Source: Myxococcota bacterium (GTDB lineage Bacteria; Myxococcota_A; SURF-8; G963663525). From it: DNA of 64,000 nucleotides. Position numbers and translations under genes: made by a program. Positions 61,073-64,000 of this stretch are shown here, piece after piece. Where the stretch lies: NCBI GenBank assembly GCA_963676915.2, contig CAXXVK010000010.1, forward strand, positions 96,001 to 160,000. The letters run 5' to 3'. Under the pieces are notes generated by a model. It saw only the letters and a list, made by a program, of their open reading frames with translations, did not search any database and was not told where the DNA came from. How positions within the stretch are numbered: position 1 is the stretch's first letter; each line of letters starts with the position of its first letter.

Positions 61073-61747
61073 CTATTGGTTGGAAGATGAGGTGTAAGTT
61101 GCCTTTTCTATTTCCTTGTTCAACTCCTCGACTAATCTGTACACGGTGGTAGATGGATTGGGATACGGTTCATTTTTGTAATTGGCAATAAGTTTTTTGG
61201 CGTAACGTATCCCGTTCTCTTGTTTGTCCAGCAACTTATCATATATTCCAGGATCATTCTTTACATATTTATATCCGAGCTTTTCATCTAATTTTCTACA
61301 TAGTTGTTTACGGCCATAACCGGTAATTGTGTAATCAAAGTGCAGTAAATACCACAATTCAAAAGCTTCATTGGAGAAGGCTATTCGGTAGACTTTCTTG
61401 TTGCCGAATATCTTATTCAGGTTTCTTACCTTTTGAAAAGCCTGATTGATTTGTTCGGAGCTGAAGCCATCATGGTCAAACACGCACCATACATGATCGA
61501 AAGGTCCGTTTTGATCTACAAGTTTTTCAGCGTAAGTAACCAATGAAATCGTATTTCGACCAGTTCCTTTAATGGTGACCTGGACGGAATTTCTCCTCAA
61601 TTTCTGGCGAAAGGATTCAAAATACTGTGGCTCTGTTTTTTCGCCTTCACAGACGATAAGAATCGTTTTGAACGGTTCACGGTTTTTGTAGGGTCTCTTC
61701 GGTCGTTGTCTTCTAACACGTCCCGTTTTTTTCGCACCTCTACCCAT
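61073..61747 (-). CDS. rloB: RloB-family protein (AbiLii-like)
   Basis: IVCEGEKTEPQYF, WCVFDHD, SNEAFELWYLLHF, NPSTTVYRLV. Confidence 0.9.
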   Translation of the reverse strand: MGRGAKKTGRVRRQRPKRPYKNREPFKTILIVCEGEKTEPQYFESFRQKLRRNSVQVTIKGTGRNTISLVTYAEKLVDQNGPFDHVWCVFDHDGFSSEQINQAFQKVRNLNKIFGNKKVYRIAFSNEAFELWYLLHFDYTITGYGRKQLCRKLDEKLGYKYVKNDPGIYDKLLDKQENGIRYAKKLIANYKNEPYPNPSTTVYRLVEELNKEIEKATYTSSSNQ

Positions 61748-63032
61748 CGCATGAATCTCCGTCTGCAAAGCCACCCAAGAACGGGATTGCTCCGTATTTG
61801 CCTCGAAGATAATTCAAGTCCAAAGCCTCATCGTTTCTTGGACTAAATTCAGCAAGGCTATACAAATCACTGGATTGATCCTGCCGTTTCTCTGTAAACA
61901 TGATCTGGTCACGTCTGAAGAGATTTGTGCGCCGATTAAGAAGATTGGAGTCGTGAGTGGTTACGATAAGCTGCGCGTTGTTTTTATTCATTTTATCCGT
62001 GCGGAATAAACGCAACAACTCCATAGTCATCAGTGGATGCAAACGGGCGTCGACCTCATCAATCACCAGCACTCGTCCCTCTGCCAGAGTTTCAAGAAAA
62101 GGTCCAGCCAGTGCATAAAGCTTCTGGGTACCATGTGATTCGTGTTTTTCCAGATTAAAATGAACCGGTTTTTGGCCTTCGATTTCATGAATGGTGTTTA
62201 TCGACGTTATGCCTTTTTTTCCAGTTATCTCATTATACGAAAACTCAAAATTACCAGTCTCCTTCATATTTCTCATGAAAATTTTCTCAAACTGGTCTTC
62301 ATCTATTTCCGTATTGTTGCAATCGACGCCTTTAATCCCAACATCAAGCTTACATAAAAACTTGTTTATTTCTTCCGAAAACTTTCCTTCTCTATGAAGG
62401 GAAAGAGTATGTGCTTTAAAGGATCTAGGTTCAAACCCGTCAATGATGATCAATTTTAGGAAATATTTAACAATATCACCTGCAATCTTCCCGTCCATTT
62501 GGGCAACGAGAGACAAGAAAAGGGCATTTTTTCGTAACCGTTTTGTTAAATCGAGACCTTCTTTGAAAGTTGCTTTATTGATGTAGTAAACACCGTCTGT
62601 GTTTCGCTCGAAGAGACGAATTTGTCGCTTTTTACGCCTGTACAACCATTCTTCTATTATCGCTTCTTTTGTCACTTTGAATCCGTAGGTATACTCACTG
62701 TCTCCAATAAAGAAAATTAATTCGAATAGCGAAGGTTCTTGTGACGATTTAGGATCAAGCAAAAACGGTTCTGACTCTATGGGTTCACCTTTTTGGGTAT
62801 CCTTTGATGAGTGCAGAACCATACTTTTCATGTACCGAAGTGCCTTGACCAGATTTGATTTTCCACTGGCGTTAGCACCGTATATGGCAGCAGTATTTAG
62901 CAATTTTTCACCGTCTGGAGCCGTAATTAAATTTGTGCTTTCCATTCCTTTTAGCTTTTTTTCAGCTTCCATGAACAAGGTTACCTGTTCTTTGAATGAG
63001 CGAAAGTTTTCTACACTAAACTGTCTTAACAT
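61740..63032 (-). CDS. RloA/AbiLi-like AAA_21 ATPase
   Basis: ENFRSFK, YGANASGKSN, ESHGTQK, IDEVDARLHP, QLIVTTH, RRDQI, YLRGKYGAIP. Confidence 0.92.
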   Translation of the reverse strand: MLRQFSVENFRSFKEQVTLFMEAEKKLKGMESTNLITAPDGEKLLNTAAIYGANASGKSNLVKALRYMKSMVLHSSKDTQKGEPIESEPFLLDPKSSQEPSLFELIFFIGDSEYTYGFKVTKEAIIEEWLYRRKKRQIRLFERNTDGVYYINKATFKEGLDLTKRLRKNALFLSLVAQMDGKIAGDIVKYFLKLIIIDGFEPRSFKAHTLSLHREGKFSEEINKFLCKLDVGIKGVDCNNTEIDEDQFEKIFMRNMKETGNFEFSYNEITGKKGITSINTIHEIEGQKPVHFNLEKHESHGTQKLYALAGPFLETLAEGRVLVIDEVDARLHPLMTMELLRLFRTDKMNKNNAQLIVTTHDSNLLNRRTNLFRRDQIMFTEKRQDQSSDLYSLAEFSPRNDEALDLNYLRGKYGAIPFLGGFADGDSCDG

Positions 63033-63414
63033 TTATTTTACCTTTTAGTTATCTTTAAGTTTTGTGTGTTTTCCGTATAAAACATAAATAACATGACCGT
63101 TCGATAAAGTCAACGCTTTTAGATAATTTCAGAGTTTTCTGATTGATCTCCAGCTTTGGGAAAACCAACGTGACTGATGAAGTGTTGTCAATAAAGCGTG
63201 AACCTGTGTCGGAACGATTACCACGAATCACATTCCAATCAAATACAATCCGTTTGATTGACTCCCGTAATTCTTTGGATACCTTGAGACTATGCTCTTT
63301 TCATTCTTTATCCTCCCTCTCCCCCCAGCCCACAAAAAATCCTGTATTTCCGCACTATTCATGGTATAGGAGACGGGACTGCGGAATTACTTCTTCGATG
63401 CTTTTGGAGATGCC

Positions 63415-64000
63415 ATGAAGACGATTATCGAGCCGTTTCGTATCAAAATGGTGGAGCCGCTGCAATTCACGACGGTGGAGCAACGGCGCAAGACGCTGGC
63501 CGAGGCGCATTACAACGTGTTTCTGGTGCGTGCTCGGGACATTCTGATCGACCTGCTCACCGACTCCGGCACCTCTGCCATGAGCGCTCAGCAGTGGGCG
63601 GCGATGATGATCGGCGACGAGTCTTATGCCGGGTCCGACAGTTTCTATCGGTTCAAAGAAACCGTGGACGATATCTTTGGCTTCAAGCACGTTATTCCGA
63701 CCCACCAGGGACGAGCCGCCGAGCGGATTTTGTTCTCGGTGATGGGCGGCGAAGGGAAAACCATCCCCAACAATACCCACTTCGATACGACCCGCGCCAA
63801 CATCGAGTACTCCGGCTCGGACGCGGTGGATCTCGTCATCGAAGAAGGTCGCCAACCCCAGAGTCGGCACCCCTTCAAGGGCAACATCGACACTGCCAAG
63901 CTGACCGCGTTGATCGAGGAACGCGGGGTCGAGAACATCCCTTGCGGCATGATCACCGTGACCAACAACTCGGGTGGCGGACAACCGGTGAGCATGGCGA
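63415..64000 (+). CDS. tnaA: Tryptophanase / tyrosine phenol-lyase family, 3' end outside window (not in ORF track)
   Basis: MKTIIEPFRIKMVEP, IDLLTDSGTSAMS, GDESYAGS, PTHQGRAAE, HFDTTRAN, FKGN. Confidence 0.9.
   Translation, partial: MKTIIEPFRIKMVEPLQFTTVEQRRKTLAEAHYNVFLVRARDILIDLLTDSGTSAMSAQQWAAMMIGDESYAGSDSFYRFKETVDDIFGFKHVIPTHQGRAAERILFSVMGGEGKTIPNNTHFDTTRANIEYSGSDAVDLVIEEGRQPQSRHPFKGNIDTAKLTALIEERGVENIPCGMITVTNNSGGGQPVSMA

Noticed and set aside
63355-63984. 209-aa minus-strand ORF
   Set aside because: Antisense to the tryptophanase-family gene, which the ORF track missed because it runs off the window

Overview
Mostly core-genome DNA of a diderm bacterium, probably Myxococcota/Deltaproteobacteria-like (inferred from a MYXO-CTERM-like tail, a TraB-like TSP3/OmpA protein, an RRM protein and an ECF12-type sigma). 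In order: end of the spc/alpha ribosomal cluster (rplO-secY-adk-map-infA-rpmJ-rpsM-rpsK-rpsD-rpoA-rplQ), gap-pgk, penicillin acylase, AMIN protein/folC/CHASE2 cyclase, ECF sigma/anti-sigma, ftsE-ftsX-envC, two GT-C glycosyltransferase clusters, pepA-ldcA, a solitary dnaA, flavoprotein oxidoreductases, acyl-CoA dehydrogenase, fbp, tRNA-Arg(CCT)-ihfB, outer-membrane proteins, an AT-rich RloA/RloB (AbiL-like) pair and the start of a tryptophanase-family gene. The main unexplained signal is intergenic: three full copies and two remnants of a ~180-bp palindromic element with compensatory stem changes that abuts TAA stop codons, two other MITE-like elements (one carrying a REP doublet), and several REP-like hairpin families with GNA loops. 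No transposase or CRISPR array was seen. All calls come from reading the sequence; no database searches were run.
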